A stretch of 64,000 nt of DNA from an uncultured bacterium (GCA_903892035.1 CAITGV010000001.1:155624-219623), one strand, 5' to 3'. Shown: positions 46,377 through 56,453, counted from the first letter of the stretch. Numbers and translations: made by a program. Notes: generated by a model from the letters alone, not told the origin.

Positions 46377-48146
46377 TTAGACTTTAAAGATTTGCTTCAA
46401 AATTCCTTCTTTGACTGTGACATTTATAAACTTCGTAGCTTTTAAATAAGTGCCATCATCATTCTTTTTATCAACACCAATCGAGTAGTTTCCATTTGGT
46501 AAAAGGAAATAATAATTTCCTGTTCTGTCTGCTACATGGTGAGCAATCTCAGAACCGTCGGCGGTTGAATATGCACGAACGATTGCAAAAGGAGATGGCT
46601 CTTCAGTTACAATTTCCACAACAGATCCAAGTGTTTTTGGTTTAATTCCAATTTCCTTCAAAATAAATAACAGAAGGTAAAGAGCGAAAACAACAATATT
46701 GTATGTCACAGGGTAAACAAGAAAAGCTATAAATGCTAGTGATAAACCTACATAGAAAAGAATATTTGAAATATGGAAAAGAAGTCTGTCATGCTTTGTG
46801 TAAAAACGCATTAGTTTCTTTTTGCTTTTTATAAATTCATTCCAATTAAAATTAACTGGATCCATCGGAATATTTTTTGCAATAACATCACCGTCAAATT
46901 TTATATAATCTCCCCAATAAAGATTGTCGTAAAGTTCATCTTTACTCTCGCCGGCAAGAATTTCAGATGGGAAAATATAATTGTCTTTATGTGCTACCAT
47001 TTTATAAATTCCATGGGGAACCTTGAAACCATATCGTCCATCGATGTCGGTAATAGCCGAAGCAACTTCATTTCCTTCAAGATCTTGCAGTGAAAGATAA
47101 ACAGGATCAAGAGGCTGTTTGGTAATTGAATCGTATACAGTTCCCCATGGTTTCTTTTTCAAACCAAAAGCTGCAAGAAGTAGAGAAAATAATCGGAGAG
47201 GAATAAAAAATATTTCTCCAATTGAAAGTGGATTTAAAAATAATAGAGATCCGAGTGTGACAAGCGTAGAAAAGAGAAGCGTAAAAGTAGTCGTGGCCTT
47301 TATCGGAATACTTAAATCTGGATTCGTAATAATACAAACAATTTGAGACCAAAGGTCATTACTGCAACTACCCCCACCTCCAGATCCACCTCCTGAACTT
47401 GAACCACCTCCACTTGAACTTCCTCCGCCTGAACTAGAACCTCCGCTACTACTTCCTCCTCCCGAGCTTGAGCCACCACTTGAACTACCACTAGAACTAC
47501 TTCCTCCCGAGCTTGAGCCACCACCGCTTGAACTTCCTCCACTACTACCTCCCGAACTAGAACCTCCTCCACTTGAGCCACCACTGGAACTGCCACCGGA
47601 ACTACTTCCTCCTGAGCTTGAGCCACCACCGCTCGAGCTTCCTCCGCCTGAACTAGAACTACTACTTCCTGCTGGTCTCCAATCTGTATTTACACATGCA
47701 TCTATAAGCGAGCAGTCAAAGTGAATCCATCCTGCATTTTCTGACCAAGCGAAGCCTTGAAAATTTCCTGTAGATGTATCAATATTTACTCCGCCTTGTG
47801 TTGGTGCAAAATTTATCCAGCCTAAATTTTCCCCCCAAGCATTTCCACCCAAAACCCCACCCGTAGTATTTGTCACACCACCTTGTGCAGGATTTAAATT
47901 TATCCAACCCCAATTTTCAGACCAAATATATCCAGTTACGGCAGTATCCGAAACTGAAACTGGGGTTCCATTTGATGTTATGAAATTTATTTTATTATAT
48001 GTAGTACAAGCATCATTTGTACACAAACGTGCAGTCTGGCTACCGGAAGTTATTGAGCCAGGATTTGCAGCGTGTGCTGTACCCGTTAAAATTAAATACA
48101 AAAAAACTATTAGAGGTAAAAGTTTTTTTAAAATACGCCAAAGCAT
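46377..48146 (-). CDS. secreted/membrane surface protein: GxxWxEN.GWI repeats, Ser/Gly linker, TM segments and carboxypeptidase-regulatory-like beta domains
   Basis: Signal peptide AHA, three WSENxGWI-type repeats, about 100-aa S/G tract, WGTVYDSITKQPLDP, TDIDGRYGF. Confidence 0.8.
   Translation of the reverse strand: MLWRILKKLLPLIVFLYLILTGTAHAANPGSITSGSQTARLCTNDACTTYNKINFITSNGTPVSVSDTAVTGYIWSENWGWINLNPAQGGVTNTTGGVLGGNAWGENLGWINFAPTQGGVNIDTSTGNFQGFAWSENAGWIHFDCSLIDACVNTDWRPAGSSSSSSGGGSSSGGGSSSGGSSSGGSSSGGSSGGGSSSGGSSGGSSSGGGSSSGGSSSSGSSSGGSSSGGGSSSGGSSSGGGSSSGGGSSSGGGSGGGGSCSNDLWSQIVCIITNPDLSIPIKATTTFTLLFSTLVTLGSLLFLNPLSIGEIFFIPLRLFSLLLAAFGLKKKPWGTVYDSITKQPLDPVYLSLQDLEGNEVASAITDIDGRYGFKVPHGIYKMVAHKDNYIFPSEILAGESKDELYDNLYWGDYIKFDGDVIAKNIPMDPVNFNWNEFIKSKKKLMRFYTKHDRLLFHISNILFYVGLSLAFIAFLVYPVTYNIVVFALYLLLFILKEIGIKPKTLGSVVEIVTEEPSPFAIVRAYSTADGSEIAHHVADRTGNYYFLLPNGNYSIGVDKKNDDGTYLKATKFINVTVKEGILKQIFKV
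47368..47672 (-). repeat. low-complexity Ser/Gly-coding repeat (GGSSS)n
   Basis: Recurring gagcttgagccacca / gaactagaacc units. Confidence 0.9.
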
Positions 48147-48164
48147 ATTTAAATAATAGCACAT

Positions 48165-48791
48165 TTATGAAACAGAAATTCCAGTCAATAAATGAAAAAG
48201 TGAATAAATCACCGGACCAATAAATCTCCAGAGGAAAAAAACAAAAATTACCAAAAAGAAAACTCCAAATCGTTCGATATAATTTTGTAAGTGTCGCAAA
48301 CGAGCAGGTAAAAATGAAAAAAGAATTTTTGAACCATCAAGTGGTGGAATTGGCACAAGATTGAAAACAGCTAAAACAACATTTACTAAAACTACAGTAC
48401 TAGCAAAATAGAAAAACGAAAGTGTGTGAATTCCAAGTGATGGTGATATACGAATTAAAATAGAAAAAATTATTGCTACACAGAGATTCGCAATTATTCC
48501 TGCTGAAGCAACAATTGCAGACCCCCATCTTTGATTATTTAAATTTCTTTCATTATAAGGTACTGGCTTGGCCCAACCAAAAACAAAACCGGCATGTGTG
48601 AGCACAAGTATTGCTGGAATTATCACAGATCCAAGTGGATCGAGGTGTTTTAGGGGATTTAATGTAAGTCGGCCGGAAGCTTTTGCCGTATTGTCTCCAA
48701 GTAAATATGCCGCGTAGCCGTGAGAGACTTCGTGGATGACAACTGACATTATAAGTACGGCTACATAAAAGATTGCGTCTGTGGTTTGCAT
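48165..48791 (-). CDS. site-2 protease (M50) family protein
   Basis: HEVSH, GRLTLNPLKH, FGWAKPVP, FNLVPIPPLDG. Confidence 0.93.
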   Translation of the reverse strand: MQTTDAIFYVAVLIMSVVIHEVSHGYAAYLLGDNTAKASGRLTLNPLKHLDPLGSVIIPAILVLTHAGFVFGWAKPVPYNERNLNNQRWGSAIVASAGIIANLCVAIIFSILIRISPSLGIHTLSFFYFASTVVLVNVVLAVFNLVPIPPLDGSKILFSFLPARLRHLQNYIERFGVFFLVIFVFFLWRFIGPVIYSLFHLLTGISVS

Positions 48792-48841
48792 AAATATACT
48801 TTGTATGATAACATACGAAGCACTTAAATAGAATATTATAT

Positions 48842-49087
48842 ATGGCAAAAGTCTGCGACATAACTAAAAAAGGTTCTCTAATGGCGGGTGGTTACTCGAA
48901 TCGTACTCGTGCGACAAAGTTCAACCCTACAGGCATGAAGAGAAAATACCCAAATCTTCAGAAAAAGAAGGTTTTTGTGGCTGAACTCGGCAAAACTTTC
49001 AACCTTACAATCTCAACCGAAGCTATCAAAACAATCAACAAAAACGGCGCTTACGCCACCCTCAAAAAAGCCGGTATCATCAAATAA
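48842..49087 (+). CDS. rpmB: 50S ribosomal protein L28
   Basis: MAKVCDITKK, PNLQ, IST.AIKTI. Confidence 0.9.
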   Translation: MAKVCDITKKGSLMAGGYSNRTRATKFNPTGMKRKYPNLQKKKVFVAELGKTFNLTISTEAIKTINKNGAYATLKKAGIIK

Positions 49088-49119
49088 AAATCCCTCATAG
49101 CGAGGGATTTTTATTTTGT

Positions 49120-49626
49120 CTAAAGAGGATATTTTTCTTCATTTATCCAATCTTGTTCACATTGTGCTTGTGTACCACGAAACCAAGTTATTCCCGGAGC
49201 AAGTAAAGTTCCTGCTGGCAATGGACCTCGGTGCATACATTCATATACAAAATCACTTCTTTGTTTTTCATATAAAGCCTGACAGGATTGTTTGGTGGGA
49301 GGATTAGTATATGCATACACATACTGTTGTTCTGTAATTTCCGTTGGACCATTTTTAGTATAATATTTTCCATCTTGTTTATAATATTCACCGCGAGAAC
49401 CAGTTGGCAACAGAGCACCTTGATCACAATAACCGATTATAAATGAGATAGGTTCCTCGATAAAATTATCTTTTTTTGTTATTTGCTGAATAGGATTAGG
49501 ATTTGAATTTTGGTTTGGTATTGGACCGGAATTATTTATGCTCTTCAGAAAAGTAAAATAACCCATAAAAACAACAGCAATCAAGAGAAAAATCATTAGG
49601 TGATTAGTTTTATTTTGTATATTCAT
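49120..49626 (-). CDS. hypothetical membrane-anchored protein
   Basis: N-terminal TM, N/P-rich linker, four Cys. Confidence 0.65.
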   Translation of the reverse strand: MNIQNKTNHLMIFLLIAVVFMGYFTFLKSINNSGPIPNQNSNPNPIQQITKKDNFIEEPISFIIGYCDQGALLPTGSRGEYYKQDGKYYTKNGPTEITEQQYVYAYTNPPTKQSCQALYEKQRSDFVYECMHRGPLPAGTLLAPGITWFRGTQAQCEQDWINEEKYPL

Positions 49627-49716
49627 ATTATATCAGACGTTTAGAGGTATCGAATATTACACCCTCTTAATCTCAATGTATTATACCCAAAATCGCGATA
49701 GCGTAAAATGGGTATA

Positions 49717-50208
49717 CTACTTTTGACCATATCCTTTCGCTAATTTAAATGTTTTGAAGCTATCTCCCAACTTTATTTCTTCCACATAATCAAGAAATTC
49801 TTTTGGTAAAGGTGAGGGTCCAACCCAAACACTTTTTTGGATCATTACGAAATGAAACTTTTTCAAATGAAAACGAAACCAGTCTCTTTCTTTTTTCATA
49901 CTTTGCGGAATATCATATATTACGAGCAAATTTTTTGGTAAATTTTTATCAACCTCAATATTTAGCTTTTTTAAAAAATCTCTTCCACTTTCTAAAAACT
50001 CAAGTCCTTTATAAGTAATAAAATATTCACCTTTTTGTGTTCTTTTAATAAATCCCTTCTTCTGTAAAAGTGACGCATTGTTCGCGAGTGTTTGAAACTT
50101 ATGATGCTTAAAATCGGGTAAACCAAATAGCCCGACTCGCACGCCTTTGTATCTAAGCACGTGTTTATCTTTTGCTAAATATTTCAATATCTCTCTTTCT
50201 ACACTCAT
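49717..50208 (-). CDS. PaaX-like regulator (wHTH plus Cas2-like ferredoxin domain)
   Basis: LQKKGFI...YFITYKG; LVIYDIP...ERDWFR..LKKFHFVMIQKSVWV. Confidence 0.8.
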   Translation of the reverse strand: MSVEREILKYLAKDKHVLRYKGVRVGLFGLPDFKHHKFQTLANNASLLQKKGFIKRTQKGEYFITYKGLEFLESGRDFLKKLNIEVDKNLPKNLLVIYDIPQSMKKERDWFRFHLKKFHFVMIQKSVWVGPSPLPKEFLDYVEEIKLGDSFKTFKLAKGYGQK

Positions 50209-50225
50209 ATCTAATATATTATCAA

Positions 50226-50263
50226 ACTTACCGAAAAAACGCCATGGCGTTTTTTCGGTAAGT
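50226..50263. repeat. perfect 38-bp palindrome upstream of the PaaX-like gene
   Basis: acttaccgaaaaaacgcca|tggcgttttttcggtaagt. Confidence 0.9.
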
Positions 50264-50313
50264 AGTATTCTGTATATATTAGAAATATTTTACATAATAT
50301 TATTTCTTTCGTG

Positions 50314-51186
50314 CTAATTTTCTAAGATAGGTTTACCTCCAACAGAATCAAAAATTATATTACCTTTTTGGAATGTGATGAGATAGGGTATCGAAAATGA
50401 ATCGAGGCGGTTGAGAACTTCTTTGTGCGGGTGACCGTACTTGTTGTTAAGGCCAGCAGAAATTACTGCGTATGATGGAGCGACCGTAGAAAGCCATTCA
50501 CTACTAGATGAGGTCTTGGAACCATGATGGCCCAATTTTAAAATATCAGATTTCAAATCATTTTGTGAATTTTCAGCAAGAACAATATCTTCAGTTTTTA
50601 CTGTTGCATCCCCCATCATCATATACGAACTATTTCCATATGTGATACGCCCAACTATCGAACCATCATTTGTAGTCCAGGACGACACATCTCTGTCTGG
50701 AAATAAAATATGAAAGACAACATTGTTTTTCTGATCAAGAATAATATTCATTCCCCTTCGAGCAATAATTTTAGGAATTTTTTTCTCAGCGATTAAATTT
50801 TCAAGTGATGCATAGGTTTGAGAATTTGAAATTGTCCCAGGCTCAAGGATTGCGCCAACATTGTAATTTTTTATTATATTTAGGAATCCATAGTAATGGT
50901 CTTTGTCTGGATTTGTCACCACGAGGATATTTATCGAGCGATTACCAAAAGGCATAAGCTCTGCAAGCCGAGTTGTGGTGAGATTTGTAGGTCCGCCGTC
51001 AATAATCATTTGATTGCCATTTGGAGCTTCGACGTAAATAGAATCCCCTTGACCGATGTCCATATATGCTACTTTTAAATTTTTAGAATTATTATTTTTT
51101 TCAGTAAAAGCAAAATAGCTTACTACTAATGATGAGAGGAGTAAGATGGCAATCAAATATTCCAACTGCCCTTTTTTGTACATCAT
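50314..51186 (-). CDS. ComEC/Rec2-type MBL-fold nuclease domain protein (stand-alone)
   Basis: DIGQGDS, IDGG, TNPDKDHYYG, LKLGHHGSKTS, ISAGLNNKYGHPH. Confidence 0.9.
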   Translation of the reverse strand: MMYKKGQLEYLIAILLLSSLVVSYFAFTEKNNNSKNLKVAYMDIGQGDSIYVEAPNGNQMIIDGGPTNLTTTRLAELMPFGNRSINILVVTNPDKDHYYGFLNIIKNYNVGAILEPGTISNSQTYASLENLIAEKKIPKIIARRGMNIILDQKNNVVFHILFPDRDVSSWTTNDGSIVGRITYGNSSYMMMGDATVKTEDIVLAENSQNDLKSDILKLGHHGSKTSSSSEWLSTVAPSYAVISAGLNNKYGHPHKEVLNRLDSFSIPYLITFQKGNIIFDSVGGKPILEN

Positions 51187-52715
51187 TCAAATTCTGTTGT
51201 TGCCGGCGGCTTTGGTGTCATGTCAAAAAGTACGCGTACAATTTCTTTATGTTGAGTGAGCGCACTAGTAATTTCATTTACAACATTTTCTGGGAAATAA
51301 TACCCTTGGGCTGTCATAAAATCTATCGTCTTTACTGCGCGTACAAGCAGAGAGTAACCATAGACTCTTTCATCCCCTTTCACCCCGACAGATTGAATAC
51401 CAATAAGACAAACTACGAGTTGAGAAATTTCTTTTTCCAAATTATGTTTTTTTACAATTTCTGTCACTGTGTTATCTGCCATACGAACTAAAGAAATATA
51501 ATCTTTTGAAACTGGTACACCGACTACACGCAAATAAAGTCCAGGACCCGGAAAAGGATTTCTTTCATAAACTTCCTTTGGAAGATTTAATGTTCGAGCG
51601 ATTTCACGAACTTCATATTTAAATAAATTTCTAAATGGATGCAGATCATCGACACTCCATAAAAGTCCGACATTGTGATGAGTTTTTATAAGAGCCGATT
51701 TTCCAGCTTCTCCGCTTTCTATAATATCAGTCGCAAGTGTGCCTTGAATCATAAAACCTGCATTGTGTTTCAAAATTTGCTCTTCAAAAATTTTACTGTA
51801 AACTTCACGAAACTTTCCACGTTTTTCCTGAGCATCTGTCGTCGTAGAAATATTTTTTATAAATTCATCCTCGGCTGAAATTACCACGAGGTTACTCACA
51901 TGAGCACTCTTTGCATTTATTTTTAATTCCGCTAGTTCACCTTCACGTAGTCCTCCAGTGTCGATTGCCACACATACGAGCTTGTCTCCAAGAACCGGAG
52001 CGAGCAATGCTGCAAGAGTGGTAGAATCCACTCCACCAGAAAGTCCGAGAATAACATTTTTACCTAGAGACGTATTTACCACGTCTAAAACTTCTTTTTG
52101 AATTTCTTTTATTATATTTGTTGGATTCCAATCAATTTTTGTTTCGCAAATATTCAAAAAATTCTGCAAAATTTTCTTTCCTTCTTTTGTATCAACGACT
52201 TCAGGGTGAAACTGAATACCTAAAATTCTGTTTTCCGCATCGGTCATAGCTGCATAACCTTTTGTTGTACCTATAGAATGAAAACCTTTTGGCAATTCTT
52301 TCACAGTATCTCCGTGGCTCGCCCATACTTGCGTTTGTTGTTCTACCCCCAAAAATAGTGGGTGGTTTACATCGAGTGAAACCATCGCCGGACCGTATTC
52401 ACGATGCAGTAGTGGCCTATCTACTACTCCACCTAGGGTATGAGAAAGTAATTGCATACCGTAGCAAATACCAAGTACTGGGTATTTTACTCCTGATAAA
52501 TCAAGGTTTTCTGGTAGTTGTGGAGCATTCACATCATGCACACTGTGATGACTTCCAGACAAAATGACACCTTTTGGAGTGTTTTGAGATAAGAAATATA
52601 TAGCTTTTTCTGGTGGCAATATTGCACTTCGGACCCCTAGCTCTCTTAGAGTCCTGCCGATGACGAGAGTGTACTGTGAACCATAATCAACAATCAATAT
52701 TTGAATTTCATTCAT
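51183..52715 (-). CDS. guaA: GMP synthase (glutamine-hydrolysing)
   Basis: DYGSQY, LGICYGMQ, QFHPEV, LSGGVDS, IKTHHNV, PFPGPGL, KPPATTEFE. Confidence 0.97.
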   Translation of the reverse strand: MNEIQILIVDYGSQYTLVIGRTLRELGVRSAILPPEKAIYFLSQNTPKGVILSGSHHSVHDVNAPQLPENLDLSGVKYPVLGICYGMQLLSHTLGGVVDRPLLHREYGPAMVSLDVNHPLFLGVEQQTQVWASHGDTVKELPKGFHSIGTTKGYAAMTDAENRILGIQFHPEVVDTKEGKKILQNFLNICETKIDWNPTNIIKEIQKEVLDVVNTSLGKNVILGLSGGVDSTTLAALLAPVLGDKLVCVAIDTGGLREGELAELKINAKSAHVSNLVVISAEDEFIKNISTTTDAQEKRGKFREVYSKIFEEQILKHNAGFMIQGTLATDIIESGEAGKSALIKTHHNVGLLWSVDDLHPFRNLFKYEVREIARTLNLPKEVYERNPFPGPGLYLRVVGVPVSKDYISLVRMADNTVTEIVKKHNLEKEISQLVVCLIGIQSVGVKGDERVYGYSLLVRAVKTIDFMTAQGYYFPENVVNEITSALTQHKEIVRVLFDMTPKPPATTEFE

Positions 52716-52751
52716 AGACTTATAATAGCAGAATTTGCTATACTTGCGAAT

Positions 52752-53345
52752 ATGGATAAATTTATTGCAAAAACTTTTGAAATTCCAGAGCTCGCAGGAA
52801 TCTCGAAAAAAAATATAGAAGAGCACTTAAAACTTTATGCGGGTTATGTTAAATTTGCAAATTACGCGCAAAACAAAATTGCAGAACTTTCAAAAGATAG
52901 TGAAAAAAATGCATATGAAATCGGCGAACTTTCTCGTCGTTTCGCTTTTGAATACGATGGAATGAGAAATCATGAAATATATTTCAGCCAATTTCAAAAT
53001 GGTTCGACTACGCTCACCACAGGTGGACTACTAAGCAAAGCAATAATTCAAGAATATGGTTCATTTGATAATTTTATTTCTAGAATGAAAAATTTGGCAA
53101 TGACTCGTGGTATCGGTTGGGCAATGCTTTATTATGATAAGGAAGCAAATAGTATATTAACTCAATGGGTAGATGAACAACACTTGGGACACTTACAAGG
53201 TCTAAAACCAATAATAGCAATAGATATGTGGGAGCACGCTTATGTCTACGACTACGCCACAAGTGAAAAGAAAAAATACGTTGAAGCTTTTTTTGTAAAT
53301 CTAAATTGGAATGTTGTAGAAGAAAATTTCAAATCTTTACTTTAG
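52752..53345 (+). CDS. Fe/Mn superoxide dismutase family protein
   Basis: HLKLYAGYV, NHEIYF, GIGW, DMWEHAY. Confidence 0.93.
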   Translation: MDKFIAKTFEIPELAGISKKNIEEHLKLYAGYVKFANYAQNKIAELSKDSEKNAYEIGELSRRFAFEYDGMRNHEIYFSQFQNGSTTLTTGGLLSKAIIQEYGSFDNFISRMKNLAMTRGIGWAMLYYDKEANSILTQWVDEQHLGHLQGLKPIIAIDMWEHAYVYDYATSEKKKYVEAFFVNLNWNVVEENFKSLL

Positions 53346-54807
53346 CTTTCTTTCCCCATATCCACCAAATATAATAACTATATATTATGACCATTATGAT
53401 AAATGGAAAGCTTTTTATTGCTACTGCAGAAAATGGTAAATTGGAAAATAAATGAATTATAAAAAGTTCATATTTGAGTAATGCATATGCAATATATGCA
53501 ACAAGTATTGAAAACATTTGAGAAATATACCCCAGAAAACCCACAACAAAACCAAAACCCATAGTAAGTGGCACAAGTGGTAGTACGAGCATATTCGCAG
53601 GTATTGCAACTATTGAAAGTACACCCATTTTATAAAGCAAAAATGGTAAAACAAATATATTTGTGGCTACTGTCGAGGAAATAACGTCGCGCATTTCCAT
53701 TTTTTCCGCAATAAAATAAAACCACGGTTTAACTTTTGGTGCTAAATACACAATACCAATTGTTGCAAGAAATGAAAGTTCAAATGAAACATCAAATACT
53801 AAAATTTTTGGATTCTGCAAAAGCATTAAAAATAAAGTAGCAAGAAGTGCACGATCGATATTATAATTTCTATTTGTAGCTCGGGCGAAAAGGGAAAGTA
53901 TTGCCATAATACTTGCGCGAATTACAGTCGCTCCGGCTCCAGTCATCAAAGCAAATAAAATAATTGTAAAAATTCCAAAACCAATTGAAAAAGTAACGGG
54001 TAAAATTAAATTTAAAACTTTCATTATTGCATTTGATACAATCGTGACATTGTAACCAGAAATCGCGACCATATGTATCGTACCTGTTCGCACGAAGTCA
54101 TTTGTGAGATCCTTACTAATTGTTTTTCTAGCACCTAAAATAAGGCCTCCCATAAATTGCCCAGTGTCACCTGGTAATACCCTGGAAACATTATTTAGAA
54201 AACTTTGCTTAAATTTGTATAATTTTTCTTTTATTACACTACCGTTGTGATGAGAAATAATTCTTACACTCGCTTTTGGTAAAGTGTAAAAAATATCATC
54301 CTTACCAAGATATGATATATAGTCAAAATCTTTTCCATAATCTGTCTGGAAATTTGTAGGCTTTGCTATTACACCGGAAATATCAACAGAGTCCCCGTAA
54401 GAAACATTACCTCCAAGTGGAACGCTTGCCAAAATTTGCGCATTTTCACCATTTGGAAATTTACCTTCAATTAAAATTTTTTCACTAAAATCTGTATCAT
54501 ATGTCTCGCTCGAAACAATACCAGTAATTTCTGTATTTTGACCAACATAAATATCTAGTGAATTTTTAATTTTCTCATCTGCAATGAAACTCCAATGAAA
54601 ACGCAATATACCAAGACTAATAAATAACAAAAACACTGCACTTAATATTACAAATTTACTTCTCGATATTAAAAAATAGTATAAAAAAATTCCTGCTGTT
54701 ATACAGAAACATAAAATAACTTCATAAGTCAAAAAAATAAATACAGAATGTAAAAATATTCCAAGTGTGAAACCAAAAACTATCACAAGAACAGTTTTTG
54801 CAGACAT
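53329..54807 (-). CDS. comEC: ComEC/Rec2 competence channel (DUF4131 plus Competence domain)
   Basis: FDYISYL, GTIHMVAISGYNV, RASIM, SFELSFLATIGI. Confidence 0.92.
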   Translation of the reverse strand: MSAKTVLVIVFGFTLGIFLHSVFIFLTYEVILCFCITAGIFLYYFLISRSKFVILSAVFLLFISLGILRFHWSFIADEKIKNSLDIYVGQNTEITGIVSSETYDTDFSEKILIEGKFPNGENAQILASVPLGGNVSYGDSVDISGVIAKPTNFQTDYGKDFDYISYLGKDDIFYTLPKASVRIISHHNGSVIKEKLYKFKQSFLNNVSRVLPGDTGQFMGGLILGARKTISKDLTNDFVRTGTIHMVAISGYNVTIVSNAIMKVLNLILPVTFSIGFGIFTIILFALMTGAGATVIRASIMAILSLFARATNRNYNIDRALLATLFLMLLQNPKILVFDVSFELSFLATIGIVYLAPKVKPWFYFIAEKMEMRDVISSTVATNIFVLPFLLYKMGVLSIVAIPANMLVLPLVPLTMGFGFVVGFLGYISQMFSILVAYIAYALLKYELFIIHLFSNLPFSAVAIKSFPFIIMVIIYSYYIWWIWGKKAKVKI

Positions 54808-54898
54808 TATAATATTCTAACACAAAGAAAAAGCAGATTAACAAATTATGAGTCGCGTCGGAGCCCCCCCGTAGAGAGGATTAAGCACGAATAATTTG

Positions 54899-55426
54899 TT
54901 AATTTGCTTTGTATTTAAGATAGTTATCGATTGAGCCCACAAAAAGCATAGGTCTTTCGCCATCAGCAAAACTTGTAGCTATCACATCACATCTTTCATT
55001 GTCTTCAACCCCAGAGTGACCTGCAACTTTTTTCCAAGACAAATCTCGATCTAACTTAAATTTCATTGCAAGACCTAAAAGTTCTTTCCATAAATCTTGA
55101 TTTAAAACTTCTTTTTTATCTGCTGTCCGCCACCCATTTTTCTGCCATGAATAGACCCAAGTTGTAATACCATTTAATACATACGCAGAATCAGTATGAA
55201 CTATAATTGGCATTTTTTTTAATTCTTCTCTCTTGTCCACAAAATGCAGTGCCTCAATAGTAGCCCTGAGCTCCATTCTGTTGTTCGTCGTGTGAGCCTC
55301 TCTTCCACCCAGCTCCCAAACCTTCCCTTGGCCACCAGAGTTTTGGAACAAAACGACGGAGGCCCAACCTCCTGGACCCGGATTACCTTTTGATGAACCA
55401 TCTGTATAAATAATAATTTCTTTCAT
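54899..55426 (-). CDS. rnhA: ribonuclease HI
   Basis: IYTDGSSKGNPGPGG, TTNNRMEL, TDSAYV, VAGHSG, NERCD. Confidence 0.96.
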   Translation of the reverse strand: MKEIIIYTDGSSKGNPGPGGWASVVLFQNSGGQGKVWELGGREAHTTNNRMELRATIEALHFVDKREELKKMPIIVHTDSAYVLNGITTWVYSWQKNGWRTADKKEVLNQDLWKELLGLAMKFKLDRDLSWKKVAGHSGVEDNERCDVIATSFADGERPMLFVGSIDNYLKYKAN

Positions 55427-55459
55427 AAAAAATAGTATAACACTAAATATAATACATAT

Positions 55460-56452
55460 TTAAAATAAACCCGGAATAAACATATACGGAACCTTTTCCA
55501 TATATTCCATATAATCACTATCATGCATCAAATGTTTTTCTTCTGTCACAGCTCGCAAATAATAAATAAAGCTCCATGCACAAAGACTAAATATAGCAAC
55601 AATACCAAATTTAACAATAAAAGGAATCCCCATAACCCACCAAACTAAATTCTTTGCTATATATGCAGGATGTCTTACATATTTGTATGGACCAGAAGAA
55701 ACAATACCTCTATTTGTTAAATTTGAAGCTTTAAATCCCAAGGCAATAGATGCAAACAAATAAATAATAAATAATAATATTGCCAGAATACTAAAAAGAA
55801 AATTTAATTTAATATTTCCAAAGTCGCTAAAATCTGATGAATACCATCCTAAAATCTTACCAGTAAAATCATTAAATGGTGGGTAACATACCAAAACCAC
55901 AAACCACCCTAGGGCTGTAGACTCAACAGACTTAACTATATTTTTTAATCCTCTTGATTCCACTAAATACCCGAAGCTAAAAATAAGGGTATCTATTATA
56001 AGGATTAAATAAAAAATAATTCTAATATAATAAAGATTGATATTTTCCAAATTCAAATTAAAAGAATGCTGTGACGCAAATAAATTTCTCAATATATAAA
56101 TATTACCAATAGTGAAGTGTAACATTAGTGGTACAAAAAATATTTTTACACCATAAAAGAGTAAGGAAATTTTTTCATTTTGCGCAATAACGAAATCACT
56201 TTTAATTTTATTTTTAAAAATATAATTAAATATTTTTATTAGACCTAGTTTAATTTGATTAATTCTTGATTCTTCAAAATTGTCTTGTTTTCTAAAAAAA
56301 ATACTGAAGCAATACAATAACAATAGGATTAAAATTATATTGAATGCTTGTACTCCATATAAATTACGAGTAAAAGATAGTGATGATAGGATTAAAAGAG
56401 GTATACCATAAACTAAAAAAGTATATTTTATTAATTTAATTTTGTTATTCAT
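55460..56452 (-). CDS. ICMT/PEMT-family membrane methyltransferase
   Basis: SNLTNRGIVSSGPYKYVRHPAY, RAVTEEKHL, Y..Y..KV; very AT-rich. Confidence 0.8.
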   Translation of the reverse strand: MNNKIKLIKYTFLVYGIPLLILSSLSFTRNLYGVQAFNIILILLLLYCFSIFFRKQDNFEESRINQIKLGLIKIFNYIFKNKIKSDFVIAQNEKISLLFYGVKIFFVPLMLHFTIGNIYILRNLFASQHSFNLNLENINLYYIRIIFYLILIIDTLIFSFGYLVESRGLKNIVKSVESTALGWFVVLVCYPPFNDFTGKILGWYSSDFSDFGNIKLNFLFSILAILLFIIYLFASIALGFKASNLTNRGIVSSGPYKYVRHPAYIAKNLVWWVMGIPFIVKFGIVAIFSLCAWSFIYYLRAVTEEKHLMHDSDYMEYMEKVPYMFIPGLF

Positions 56453-56453
56453 A

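Noticed and set aside
49717-50208. Cas2-like domain as evidence of a CRISPR-Cas locus
   Set aside because: Fused to a wHTH-like region (PaaX-like), with no cas1 or array nearby
54841-54899. GC-rich stretch bounded by acaaattat/ataatttgt between rnhA and comEC
   Set aside because: Single copy with weak internal pairing; cannot be assigned to a repeat or RNA family from this window
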